Shown here: one piece after another, positions 10,863 to 20,221 of the stretch | How the letters are laid out: every line of letters begins with the position of its first letter | How positions within the stretch are numbered: position 1 is the stretch's first letter | Source of the DNA: an uncultured Candidatus Planktophila sp. | GTDB lineage: Bacteria; Actinomycetota; Actinomycetes; Nanopelagicales; Nanopelagicaceae | Length of the DNA: 63,489 nt | Reading direction: 5' to 3' | NCBI GenBank assembly: GCA_964576165.1 | Contig: CAZNUC010000001.1 | Location: forward strand, 1 to 63,489 | Made by a program: the position numbers and the translations under genes | Notes under the pieces: model-generated | Told to the model about the DNA's origin: nothing | Database searches by the model: none | What the model saw: only the letters and a program-made list of their open reading frames with translations

Positions 10863-12749
10863 ATGAAATCCGCACCCCTGCGGCTTAAAGTTCAGACAGT
10901 CGCGCGTGGAAAGTTTGAGGCAGCAGAACACCTTCCCGTCGCCACGGTCCTAGTTGATACTGGCGTTCCCCATCTTGATGAGGTCTATGACTACTTAGTT
11001 CCAAACGTTCTAGATGAGGAGCTACGCACCGGGATAAAGGTAAGTGTTAACTTTTCTGGTCGAAATGTAGAGGGATATGTTCTTTCAAGATCGGAGTCAT
11101 CGGCAGTAGGTAATCTCAAGTTTATAGAGAAGGTGCTTTCACCTATCCCGCTACTCACTCAAGAAACTCTCGCACTTATTTCGGCCGTATCAAAGAGATG
11201 GGCAAGTACATCATTCGATATTCTCACCAACGCCATCCCTGCTCGGGTAGTAAACGCAGAGAAGTCTTTTCAGACAGTAGATCATCCGCCCGCCGTCCTT
11301 GAATCCACAATCGCACCGACGTACTCGTTCTATCTCTTTACACCGGGAGAAGATCCATTCACGGTGATGGGGGAGTGGGTGAGGAAAAGGAGCGCACTAG
11401 GAGGAGTTCTGGTGGTCTTACCTGAGGCGCGAGAAGTAGATCTTCTGAGCAAAAGACTTAAGTCGATGGGTCTGAAATTTTCTGTCTTGGAAGGTTCGCT
11501 GACTCGGGCAGAGCGGTACTCAAATTTTCTTGATGTAGCCTGTGGGAATGTTCAGATAGTAATTGGATCTCGAAGTGCGATCTTTGCGCCAGTAAATAAC
11601 TTGAAGACACTCATTGTCTTTCGCGAATGCTCGCAGTCTCATTACGAAGTGAGGACACCTGGTTGGAATACTCGTGATGTTGCGATCATCAGATCACAGA
11701 TGAGCTCGATAGACCTCACCTTTGCAGGATTTTCACCGTCATCAGAGGTCGCGCATCTGATGGAACGAGGCGAAGTTCTTCTCAAAGGTCAATCCGCTAG
11801 CGTCGATGCGACCTCTTTCACGGCACATTATGGGGAGCTGTTACCAGACCGAATTTTTGCACCGATCAGAAAAGCGTTGGAGAAGGGCTCTGTTCTCTTT
11901 CTTGTTTCACGTAAGGGATACGCAACTGCAATCTCCTGCAAATCCTGCCGCAATATTGCAACCTGTGATTGCGGTGGACGTATCTCATTTGATGGACCCG
12001 AAAAGGGATATCGCTGCTCTCTCTGTGATAAGAAGGCAAACACCTGGAGTTGTCGATGGTGTAAGAAAGTTCAGCCAGTTCTCCTCGGAAGAGGCAACCA
12101 AAGATTCGCGCAGGAGATCGGGCGAGCATTTCCGGGGTTTCCAGTTTTAATATCCGATGCGACCTCTCCAATAGATGAGGTCCCAGAAGAGTGTTCGCTC
12201 GTTCTTGCGACGGCGGGAATGGCACCTGCTGTCAAAAATGGTTATCAGGCGGTGGTGATCCTGGAAGGTGATGCACTTTTTGCTCAGCTAGACCTACGTG
12301 CACATGAGAGGGCCCGTGAAGCGATCATGCAATCTGTTGCGCTACTAGCGAAAAAAGGCAAAGCGCTCTTGGTAATTGATAGTTCTCACCCAATTATTGC
12401 GTCGGTCTCTAGATGGAACCTTGCACCGTTGTTGATGCGAGAACTCAGTGAACGTTCGCAAACACATCTTCCGCCCACAGTCCATGCAATCACGATTGAG
12501 ATGGCTCATGGCGAATGCGCTTCATTTATTGCGGGAATAGAAAAATCAGCCACAGAAGGCAGAATCTCCCGATCTACGCGGATTTTGGGGCCATCGAAAA
12601 TCTCGGATGAGAACTCTCGAGTGATCATCACCGTTCCGCGCGATGAAGGAGTAGATCTCATTGATTTTCTTGACAGATATCGAAAAAAGAGAGCGTTAGC
12701 AAAGAAGCCCGCCCTTACGATGCGCATAGATCCATACTCATTGAGTTAA
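10863..12749 (+). CDS. priA: Primosomal protein N' (actinobacterial form, degenerate helicase motifs)
   Basis: N-terminal LDEVYDYLVP 3'-DNA-binding domain, four CxxC-type Zn ligands, position between metK and def/fmt. Confidence 0.88.
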   Translation: MKSAPLRLKVQTVARGKFEAAEHLPVATVLVDTGVPHLDEVYDYLVPNVLDEELRTGIKVSVNFSGRNVEGYVLSRSESSAVGNLKFIEKVLSPIPLLTQETLALISAVSKRWASTSFDILTNAIPARVVNAEKSFQTVDHPPAVLESTIAPTYSFYLFTPGEDPFTVMGEWVRKRSALGGVLVVLPEAREVDLLSKRLKSMGLKFSVLEGSLTRAERYSNFLDVACGNVQIVIGSRSAIFAPVNNLKTLIVFRECSQSHYEVRTPGWNTRDVAIIRSQMSSIDLTFAGFSPSSEVAHLMERGEVLLKGQSASVDATSFTAHYGELLPDRIFAPIRKALEKGSVLFLVSRKGYATAISCKSCRNIATCDCGGRISFDGPEKGYRCSLCDKKANTWSCRWCKKVQPVLLGRGNQRFAQEIGRAFPGFPVLISDATSPIDEVPEECSLVLATAGMAPAVKNGYQAVVILEGDALFAQLDLRAHERAREAIMQSVALLAKKGKALLVIDSSHPIIASVSRWNLAPLLMRELSERSQTHLPPTVHAITIEMAHGECASFIAGIEKSATEGRISRSTRILGPSKISDENSRVIITVPRDEGVDLIDFLDRYRKKRALAKKPALTMRIDPYSLS

Positions 12750-12758
12750 GATTTAGGC

Positions 12759-13319
12759 ATGGCTATTCAGGAGATTCGTTTATTTGGTGATCCTGTCCTT
12801 GTCACCCCCGCGTCAAAGGTTGTTGACTTTGATAAAGAGCTTCGCACTCTGGTCGCTGATCTCATCGATACGATGATGGACGCACCCGGTGCTGGACTGG
12901 CAGCTCCACAGATTGGTGTTCCACTGCGCGTATTCACCTGGTATGTCGATGAGCAACTAGGCCATCTTGTAAACCCAACCCTTACCCTGAGTGAAGAGAT
13001 GCAGGAGGGCGATGAGGGATGTTTATCTTTCCCGGAAGTTCGTTATGAGACCCCTAGGGCAATGAGAGCAGTGGCAGAGGGATTTAATATGCATGGCGAA
13101 CCAATCACGGTGGATGGAAGTGAGTTCCTTGCCCGCGCTCTTCAGCACGAGACGGATCACTTAGATGGAATTGTCTTCATCGATAGGCTCTCGAAGAGTG
13201 ATCGCAAGGCTGCGATGAAAGAGATTCGCAACGCTGAGTGGTTTGCAGCAGCACAGGAACAGGGGCTCAATCCAACGATAAAGGTTTCACCACATACTCT
13301 TTTCGGTCGAGGGAACTAG
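12759..13319 (+). CDS. def: Peptide deformylase
   Basis: GAGLAAPQIG, EGCLS, QHETDHLDG. Confidence 0.98.
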   Translation: MAIQEIRLFGDPVLVTPASKVVDFDKELRTLVADLIDTMMDAPGAGLAAPQIGVPLRVFTWYVDEQLGHLVNPTLTLSEEMQEGDEGCLSFPEVRYETPRAMRAVAEGFNMHGEPITVDGSEFLARALQHETDHLDGIVFIDRLSKSDRKAAMKEIRNAEWFAAAQEQGLNPTIKVSPHTLFGRGN

Positions 13320-14233
13320 TGCGCATAGCTGTTGCTGCAACGCCACATCTTGCTGTTCCCACTTTAGATTGGCTTCTGCAGAGCGAACACGATCTTGTTC
13401 GAGTATTCACGACTGCGCCTAAACCATCGGGTCGAGGCGCACGAATGACGAGAAGTGATGTCGCGCAATGGTGCGAAGAGAAGAAGATAACGTGCATAGA
13501 AATATCCAGTGTCTCTGACTTCACTTCGCTCCTCGAGGATCTTGACTGCGTTGTTGTTATCGCTTTTGGAATGCTTTTGCCACAGAACCTGCTTGACATC
13601 CCGCGATACGGATTTATTAATCTCCATTTTTCAGCCCTTCCACGATGGAGAGGAGCAGCGCCGGTTCAGCGAGCAATCGAGAATGGTGATACTCATCTAG
13701 GAGCAACAGTCTTTTCTCTCGATGCCGGAATGGATACAGGTCCTATCTATCGCACCGAGCTCTTTGAGCGAGATCCCGAGATGCGTTCTTCAGAGGCGTT
13801 AGATTTTTTAGCCAGTCAGGGTGTGGCTCTTATTGCAGCAACACTTAAAGACATTGAATCATCCGTCACTCCAACTGTGCAGAACGTCGATGGCGCCAGT
13901 ACAGCTCGAAAACTCAGTAAGGATGAAGCGTTCATCAATTGGAACGAAACCGTACACATGATCCAGCAGAAGGTATTAGCTTTCTATCCAAATCCGATAG
14001 CTCGAACAATTTTCCGAGGAGATGTTTTAAAGATCACGCGGGCGCGGGCTGCTGTTGATTCTGATCTTCAACTCGCATCCGGTGAGGTTGCCAGTACTAA
14101 GAGTTCACTCTTTATCGGTACATCAGATGGCGCCTTAGAAATCCATTCGGTTATCCCTCAAGGCAAGAGTGAAATGGGTGCTTCGGATTGGGCGCGCGGA
14201 GTGCGCGTCGAACCGGGTGAACGCTGTGGTTGA
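13319..14233 (+). CDS. fmt: Methionyl-tRNA formyltransferase
   Basis: INLHFSALPRWRGAAPVQRAI, DAGMDTG; GTG start overlapping def stop. Confidence 0.95.
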   Translation: MRIAVAATPHLAVPTLDWLLQSEHDLVRVFTTAPKPSGRGARMTRSDVAQWCEEKKITCIEISSVSDFTSLLEDLDCVVVIAFGMLLPQNLLDIPRYGFINLHFSALPRWRGAAPVQRAIENGDTHLGATVFSLDAGMDTGPIYRTELFERDPEMRSSEALDFLASQGVALIAATLKDIESSVTPTVQNVDGASTARKLSKDEAFINWNETVHMIQQKVLAFYPNPIARTIFRGDVLKITRARAAVDSDLQLASGEVASTKSSLFIGTSDGALEIHSVIPQGKSEMGASDWARGVRVEPGERCG

Positions 14234-15581
14234 GGCGAGAAGAAACACGTTTAAAAAACCTAAAGCCGATCCTGTTCGCTTGTTGGTCTTTGATGTGATG
14301 ACCGAAGTGAATCGGCGTGATGGCTATTCCAACCTTTTACTTCCTAAAGTTTTAGAGAACAGCGCATTTGATCAGCGCGATAGGGCATTTGCTACCGAAC
14401 TTCTCTATGGCACGTTGCGGATGCAAGGACGCCACGATTACATTCTCTCTCAAATCAGTGATCGCCCATGGAGTGAGGTCGACGCTGGGATCGTTGACGT
14501 CACGCGCCTTGGACTGCAACAGATCTTTGAGATGCGGGTACCGGTGCATGCCGCTGTCTCTGAAACGGTTGAACTCGCGCGCCAAGTTCTCGGTGAATCA
14601 AAAGCGAGCTTTGTTAACGCGCTTCTACGTAAAGTCAGCGCCGCGCCCTTGGAAAGCTGGCTTAAACCTGCCTATGCACTCAATGATGATGTCGCGCGAC
14701 TGGCAATCATCTACTCGCACCCTGAATGGATTGTGAGTGCATATTTTGATCTTCTCAAAGATTTCGCAGAGGTTGAACAACTTTTGGAGATGAATAATCT
14801 TCCAGCGAAACCAACTTTTGTTACCTGGCCAGGGCGTTCGTCCATTGCCGAATTCTTGGAGATAGAAGCCAAGGCCACCAGGTATTCACCGTATGGATTT
14901 ACTGCAGATGTAACACCATCATCGATCGAGGCGATTCGTCATCGTCGTGCTGGCGTACAGGATGAGGGTTCACAACTCGTTGCAATGATTTTTGCGCGAG
15001 CAGCCGAAGATGCTGCAAGTTGGCTAGATATCTGTGCCGGCCCAGGTGGAAAGGCAGCTCTACTTTCTTCGATTGCCCGCGAAGGAAACCATTCGTTTAT
15101 TGCCAATGAAATTTCTGAGGTACGAGCAGAGCTTGTCTCGCGCGTTGTTGGTGGTTCACAGGTATGGGTCAGTGATGCCAGAGAGATTGCATCAAAGAAT
15201 CAAATGTTCGATGCCATCTTGGCTGATGTTCCATGCACTGGCCTTGGAGCACTCAGACGAAGACCAGAGGTACGCTGGAGAAGGACGGTGGGCGATCTTC
15301 GCTCTCTCATCTCCTTGCAGAGTGAGATTTCAGATGCTGCAATTTCGGTTCTCAACATCGGAGGAATCTTTGGGTATGCGACATGTTCTCCCCATATGGC
15401 TGAAACGAGTATCGCGGTGGCTGACATATTGAAGAGGAATCCCAACTTAGAACAGATTGATGTTACGGCCCTATTGCCAAAAAATCTTACTGGCGCTGTT
15501 CGCGGAGGCGCGCTGGCGCTCTGGACACAAAGACATAATACGGACTCCATGTTTCTCGCACTCTTTAGAAAAACACACTGA
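14226..15581 (+). CDS. rsmB: 16S rRNA m5C967 methyltransferase (NusB-like N-terminus)
   Basis: VQDEGSQL, DICAGPGGK, DVPCTGLG, YATCS; start inferred at GTG 14226. Confidence 0.93.
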   Translation: MVEARRNTFKKPKADPVRLLVFDVMTEVNRRDGYSNLLLPKVLENSAFDQRDRAFATELLYGTLRMQGRHDYILSQISDRPWSEVDAGIVDVTRLGLQQIFEMRVPVHAAVSETVELARQVLGESKASFVNALLRKVSAAPLESWLKPAYALNDDVARLAIIYSHPEWIVSAYFDLLKDFAEVEQLLEMNNLPAKPTFVTWPGRSSIAEFLEIEAKATRYSPYGFTADVTPSSIEAIRHRRAGVQDEGSQLVAMIFARAAEDAASWLDICAGPGGKAALLSSIAREGNHSFIANEISEVRAELVSRVVGGSQVWVSDAREIASKNQMFDAILADVPCTGLGALRRRPEVRWRRTVGDLRSLISLQSEISDAAISVLNIGGIFGYATCSPHMAETSIAVADILKRNPNLEQIDVTALLPKNLTGAVRGGALALWTQRHNTDSMFLALFRKTH

Positions 15582-15595
15582 GGTAGAATCGTTCT

Positions 15596-16246
15596 ATGGG
15601 AATTCGAATCACGCCAAGTATTCTCAATGCAGATTTCAACGACCTTGACTCAGAGATAGCGAAGATAGCCCCGGTCTCTGATCTCTTACATCTTGACGTG
15701 ATGGATAATCTCTTTGTCCCAAACTTCACATTTGATTTTGAGACAGCCGCCTCGATTATCTCAAGGTCGCCAATTCCAGTTGATTCTCATCTTATGATTG
15801 AAGAAGTTGACACTCTCGCGCCTTCCTATGCGCACGCCGGAAGTGCAAGTGTGACAATTCACGCAGAAGCTTCCTCGCATCCATCGCGCACTCTTGCGGC
15901 GATCCGGAGTGAAGGTGCACGTGCAGGTCTTGCACTCAAACCAGGATCGCGTATTGAAGATTATGAAGATTGTATTGACTATGTAGACATGTTCCTCATC
16001 ATGACAGTGGAGCCAGGATTTGGTGGCCAGAAGTTTATGCATGCGATGATGGACAAGGTGCGAGCTACTAAGTCAATTATTGGGGATCGCCCTATATGGC
16101 TCCAGGTGGACGGTGGAATCTCACTTGAGACGATTGAAATTGCACGCGACGCTGGTGCCGATACCTTCGTCGCTGGCAGCGCTGTCTTTAACTCCGCAGA
16201 TCCGGTAGAGATGATCGAAAAATTACGTTCGCTGGCAGAACTTTAA
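15596..16246 (+). CDS. rpe: Ribulose-phosphate 3-epimerase
   Basis: PSILNADF, HLDVMD, MTVEPGFGGQKF, VDGGI. Confidence 0.97.
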   Translation: MGIRITPSILNADFNDLDSEIAKIAPVSDLLHLDVMDNLFVPNFTFDFETAASIISRSPIPVDSHLMIEEVDTLAPSYAHAGSASVTIHAEASSHPSRTLAAIRSEGARAGLALKPGSRIEDYEDCIDYVDMFLIMTVEPGFGGQKFMHAMMDKVRATKSIIGDRPIWLQVDGGISLETIEIARDAGADTFVAGSAVFNSADPVEMIEKLRSLAEL

Positions 16247-16287
16247 TTATCAGCCCCGAATAACTCTCGATCGAGTAAAGTAGCGCT

Positions 16288-16551
16288 ATGAAATCATTCG
16301 ATGAGCTATGGATAGAGCTTGCACAGAAGGCCATCGATAGACCCGTGGACTCAGCCACCGTCGCCGCTCTTGATTCGGGAGTTCACGCTATTGGAAAGAA
16401 GATTATCGAAGAGGCGGGTGAAGTCTGGCTCGCGGCTGAACACGAAAGTGATGAAGCGCTGGCGGAGGAGATTAGCCAACTGATTTACCACCTTCAAACG
16501 CTCATGTTGGCACGAGGCCTCACGCCACAAGATATTTACAAGTTTCTCTAG
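16288..16551 (+). CDS. hisE: Phosphoribosyl-ATP pyrophosphatase
   Basis: [18 protein letters not shown]...EEISQLIYH; upstream of hisG. Confidence 0.96.
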   Translation: MKSFDELWIELAQKAIDRPVDSATVAALDSGVHAIGKKIIEEAGEVWLAAEHESDEALAEEISQLIYHLQTLMLARGLTPQDIYKFL

Positions 16552-16568
16552 GGAAGGCAGGTCATACA

Positions 16569-17414
16569 ATGTTGAGAGTTGCAATTCCAAATAAAGGTTC
16601 TTTAGCTGATGAGTCAATTGCCATTTTTAAAGAGGCGGGCTATAGGCAGAGAACAGATTCTCGCGATCTTGTTCTTATTGATTCTGATGGGGGTGTCGAG
16701 TTCTATTATCTTCGCCCTAGAGATATTGCGATCTACGTAGGATCTGGTGAGCTTGAAGTGGGTGTCACTGGTCGAGATCTCCTTATCGATTCAGGTGCAC
16801 CAGCAACAGAGATATTGCCACTGAACTTTGGTGCCTCAACTTTTCGTTTTGCTGGGCCATCGGGTGCGAAGTATTCCTTGAAGGATGTCGGAGGAAAACG
16901 AGTCGCTACCGCGTATCCAGGCCTCGTTGCCAAACATCTAGCATCTCTAGGCATCACCGCTGATGTTGTCAGACTTGATGGCGCGGTTGAAAGCAGTGTT
17001 CGGCTTGGTGTTGCAGATGTTATTGCCGATGTCGTCAGTACTGGAAATACTCTCCGCCAAGCTGGTCTTGAAATCTTTGGAGACCCAATTCTGACAAGTG
17101 AAGCTGTGGTCATATCTCGCACCGGTGTGGAGATTGCTCCAGAGGTCGAAATTCTTATTCGACGTTTACAAGGAGTGGTTACCGCGCGTCGCTACGTGTT
17201 ATTGGATTACGATGTTAAGAAAGTTGATCTTGAGGCAGCATGTCTGATTACTCCAGGGCTTGAGTCTCCAACAATTTCACCCCTGCAGAAAGAGGATTGG
17301 GTAGCAGTTCGTGCGATGGTCCTACGTACGCAAACGAATCTCATTATGGATCAACTGTGGGCACTCGGTGCTCGAGGAATTCTTGTGACCGACATACACG
17401 CTTGTCGACTCTAA
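16569..17414 (+). CDS. hisG: ATP phosphoribosyltransferase (long form)
   Basis: AIPNKGSL, RPRDIAIYV, DVVSTGNTL, C-terminal regulatory domain. Confidence 0.98.
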   Translation: MLRVAIPNKGSLADESIAIFKEAGYRQRTDSRDLVLIDSDGGVEFYYLRPRDIAIYVGSGELEVGVTGRDLLIDSGAPATEILPLNFGASTFRFAGPSGAKYSLKDVGGKRVATAYPGLVAKHLASLGITADVVRLDGAVESSVRLGVADVIADVVSTGNTLRQAGLEIFGDPILTSEAVVISRTGVEIAPEVEILIRRLQGVVTARRYVLLDYDVKKVDLEAACLITPGLESPTISPLQKEDWVAVRAMVLRTQTNLIMDQLWALGARGILVTDIHACRL

Positions 17415-17418
17415 CGAT

Positions 17419-18624
17419 CTATTTTCGAACACTTTCTCCAGAGTCTTCGACATCTTCGCGCGTGATTCCGAGTAGGTACAGAACGCTATCAAGATAAGGA
17501 GCAGTCACTGCGCTATCGGCTGCTGCCTTGACTGCAGGTTTTGCATTGAAAGCGATACCGAGTCCGGCCAGCGCGATCATGTCGAGATCGTTGGCTCCAT
17601 CACCGATTGCAACGGTCTGTTCAATGTCAACCTTCTCGATTGCCGCAAAGTCGCGTAGAGCCGTTGCCTTTGCTGCTCGATCAATAATTGGTCCAACCAA
17701 TCCTCCCGTGAGGAAACCATCCTTACTCTCTAGAGTATTTCCCCGGTAGTGCTCAATTTTTAACGTAGCAAGAATAGGCTCGATGACGTTGATAAAGCCG
17801 CCTGAGACGACAGCGACAGTGTGTCCGAGTTTCTGCAAAGTAGAAACAAGAGTCTTCGCACCTGGAGTAAGTGTTATCTCGCCGCGAACTTCATCAATGA
17901 TAGAGAGAGGAAGTCCTTTAAGAAGTGCAACGCGCTCACGCAGACTTGCTTCGAAATCTATCTCTCCAGCCATTGCACGCTGGGTGATACTACGAATCTG
18001 ATCTTCCACCCCCGCCTTTGCCCCGAGCAATTCGATAACTTCTTGGGAGATAAGAGTGGAATCAACATCCATAATGATCAATTTCTTTGCCCAGCGCATT
18101 AAGCCACCGGGGGAAACGGCGATATCTACATCAAGCTCACCTGATAACGCCGTCAGCGGACCTTTAAGCAATTCGGTTGCAACACCGCTGACAAGAAACT
18201 CAATGGCCGTCACAGGGTAGCTTGCAGTTCTGTGTATTCGCTCGATATTTCCACCTACATCCGCAATAGCAGATGCCAGCCCGGCAATTGCAGAAGGTTT
18301 CAAATCCTGCGAAAGTACGACCACATGGGTGAGACCAGATTTAGCGGCGATACTTTCACTCTTCTGCTCAGAGAATGCAATTGCAATATCTAAATCTAGA
18401 GACTCTGCCTGCGCACTGAGATCATCCTCGACAGCCTGAGCGTGCGCCTTGTTGAGTGTAATGAGAATGGTAAGAATTAACCGTGATCGAATAACTACTT
18501 GCTCAACATCTACGATAGAGAGTGAGAAAGGCGCAAGGGTGGTGAAGAGCGCTTCAGTAATGCCAGGTCGATCCTCGCCAGAGACCAGAACCAAGCCTGT
18601 GTACTGCGCACTCTGCATATCCAT
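17419..18624 (-). CDS. serB: Phosphoserine phosphatase with N-terminal ACT domains
   Basis: SGEDRPG ACT, MDVDST, VSGGF, GDGANDLDM. Confidence 0.96.
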   Translation of the reverse strand: MDMQSAQYTGLVLVSGEDRPGITEALFTTLAPFSLSIVDVEQVVIRSRLILTILITLNKAHAQAVEDDLSAQAESLDLDIAIAFSEQKSESIAAKSGLTHVVVLSQDLKPSAIAGLASAIADVGGNIERIHRTASYPVTAIEFLVSGVATELLKGPLTALSGELDVDIAVSPGGLMRWAKKLIIMDVDSTLISQEVIELLGAKAGVEDQIRSITQRAMAGEIDFEASLRERVALLKGLPLSIIDEVRGEITLTPGAKTLVSTLQKLGHTVAVVSGGFINVIEPILATLKIEHYRGNTLESKDGFLTGGLVGPIIDRAAKATALRDFAAIEKVDIEQTVAIGDGANDLDMIALAGLGIAFNAKPAVKAAADSAVTAPYLDSVLYLLGITREDVEDSGESVRK

Positions 18625-18705
18625 GTGTGAAGATTATCGTGAATCACAGCGTCACTTCTTCATATTTACGAGTAATCATCGCGGATAAGTACTATCTTTT
18701 GACCC

Positions 18706-19497
18706 GTGAGCATGCCTGAGGTTCTGCGCGTATCTGATGTCAGCGTTCGTCGTGGACCTCGCACGATTCTTGGTCCAATTACATTTGCCATCTCTCCCGG
18801 AGAGCGCTGGGTGATTTTGGGACCCAATGGCGCTGGCAAATCCACTCTTCTTAATCTTCTAGCCACTAGAGCTTTTCCATCGAGCGGAAAAGTTTTCGTA
18901 CTTGAGAAGGAGATGGGCAAGGTGGATCTCTTCGAATTGCGTACGCGAATTGGACTCGCTGGTGTTGGAATCTCTGAGGATATTCCTTACGAAGAGAAGG
19001 TTCGTGATGTAGTTGTCACCGCCGCCTACGCAGTCCTTGGTCGGTGGAACGAAGATTACGATTTATGGGATGAATCGCGCGCTGTCGCACTCCTTACCAC
19101 TTTCGGGGTTCGTGAATTATCTGAACGCCTCTACGGCACTTTGAGTGAAGGCGAGAAGAAGCGGGTACAGATATCTCGCGCGTTAATGGCTGATCCTGAA
19201 CTTTTACTTCTCGATGAACCAACGGCAGGATTAGATGTAGGTGGCCGAGAAGATCTCCTTCGCAGATTTTCTCATTTCGCCAGTGACGCAACTGCGCCAG
19301 CCACAGTGATTGTCACCCATCATATTGAAGAGATTCCATCTGGAACAACGCATGCACTCCTTCTCAAAGACGGTGTCATCGCCGTGAGTGGGCCAGTTGA
19401 TCAGGTTGTAACCAGTGAACATATCAGCGCAGTCTTTGGGGTAAGCATCAACGTACACTTTGATGGATCAAGATTCTCTGCTCGTGCGCAAGCATGA
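18706..19497 (+). CDS. ABC transporter ATP-binding protein (stand-alone, ModF/YlmA-like)
   Basis: GPNGAGKST, LSEGEKKR, LLLLDEP, VTHH; no permease adjacent. Confidence 0.9.
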   Translation: MSMPEVLRVSDVSVRRGPRTILGPITFAISPGERWVILGPNGAGKSTLLNLLATRAFPSSGKVFVLEKEMGKVDLFELRTRIGLAGVGISEDIPYEEKVRDVVVTAAYAVLGRWNEDYDLWDESRAVALLTTFGVRELSERLYGTLSEGEKKRVQISRALMADPELLLLDEPTAGLDVGGREDLLRRFSHFASDATAPATVIVTHHIEEIPSGTTHALLLKDGVIAVSGPVDQVVTSEHISAVFGVSINVHFDGSRFSARAQA

Positions 19498-20138
19498 GCC
19501 ATCCGATACTTGCCGGCGTTCACCCTTCTTGGGATGGGGTTCTCGAACCGTTAACTGATTCAATCATTGGGATTTATGAATCAATAAGTGGGAGTGATTT
19601 CATCCCGAAGACAGACCGTATCCTGGCACCACTTCACTATCCTTTAGATGACGTCAAAGTAGTAATCGTTGGACAAGATCCCTATCCGAATCCAGAGTAT
19701 GCGGATGGATTTGCCTTCAGCGTGAGAGAAGAAGTGACACCATTTCCCGCATCTCTGATCAACATATTCAAAGAGCTAGAGAGTGATCTCGGCATTTCGC
19801 TACCACCTTCAGGGAACTTGGAACGCTGGAGTGCGCAAGGTGTCATGCTTATCAACCGCACTCTCACGACTACACCGGGAGAGTCACATGCACATCAAAG
19901 AAGCGGTTGGCTTGACATCACTGCGTCGATAATCGGTGAGGTCGCATCTCGCGGTGTTGTTGGAATCCTGTGGGGTGGAAATGCCCACCAACTCGCTAAT
20001 CTTTTCGATGAGACTTCTGTGATTAAGAGTGCGCATCCCAGTCCGCTCAGTGCTTATCGAGGCTTTTTTGGCTCTCGCCCATTTTCGCGGGCAAATGAAT
20101 TATTGATCAATCGAGGGGTTACCCCCATTCTGTGGTGA
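19494..20138 (+). CDS. ung: Uracil-DNA glycosylase family 1
   Basis: GQDPYP, FAFSV, HPSPLSAYRGFFGSRPFS. Confidence 0.96.
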   Translation: MSHPILAGVHPSWDGVLEPLTDSIIGIYESISGSDFIPKTDRILAPLHYPLDDVKVVIVGQDPYPNPEYADGFAFSVREEVTPFPASLINIFKELESDLGISLPPSGNLERWSAQGVMLINRTLTTTPGESHAHQRSGWLDITASIIGEVASRGVVGILWGGNAHQLANLFDETSVIKSAHPSPLSAYRGFFGSRPFSRANELLINRGVTPILW

Positions 20139-20161
20139 AATTTGCTTGGTAAAGAACTATT

Positions 20162-20208
20162 GGCAAGAGAAAACGGGCGCCCACCCATGGTGAGCGCCCG
20201 TTTCTGCC
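20162..20208. terminator. Bidirectional intrinsic terminator between convergent ung and NCS2 permease
   Basis: AAACGGGCGC-c-CACC-cat-GGTG-a-GCGCCCGTTT inverted repeat with A/T tracts at both ends. Confidence 0.8.
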
Positions 20209-20221
20209 TACTCTTTGCTAA

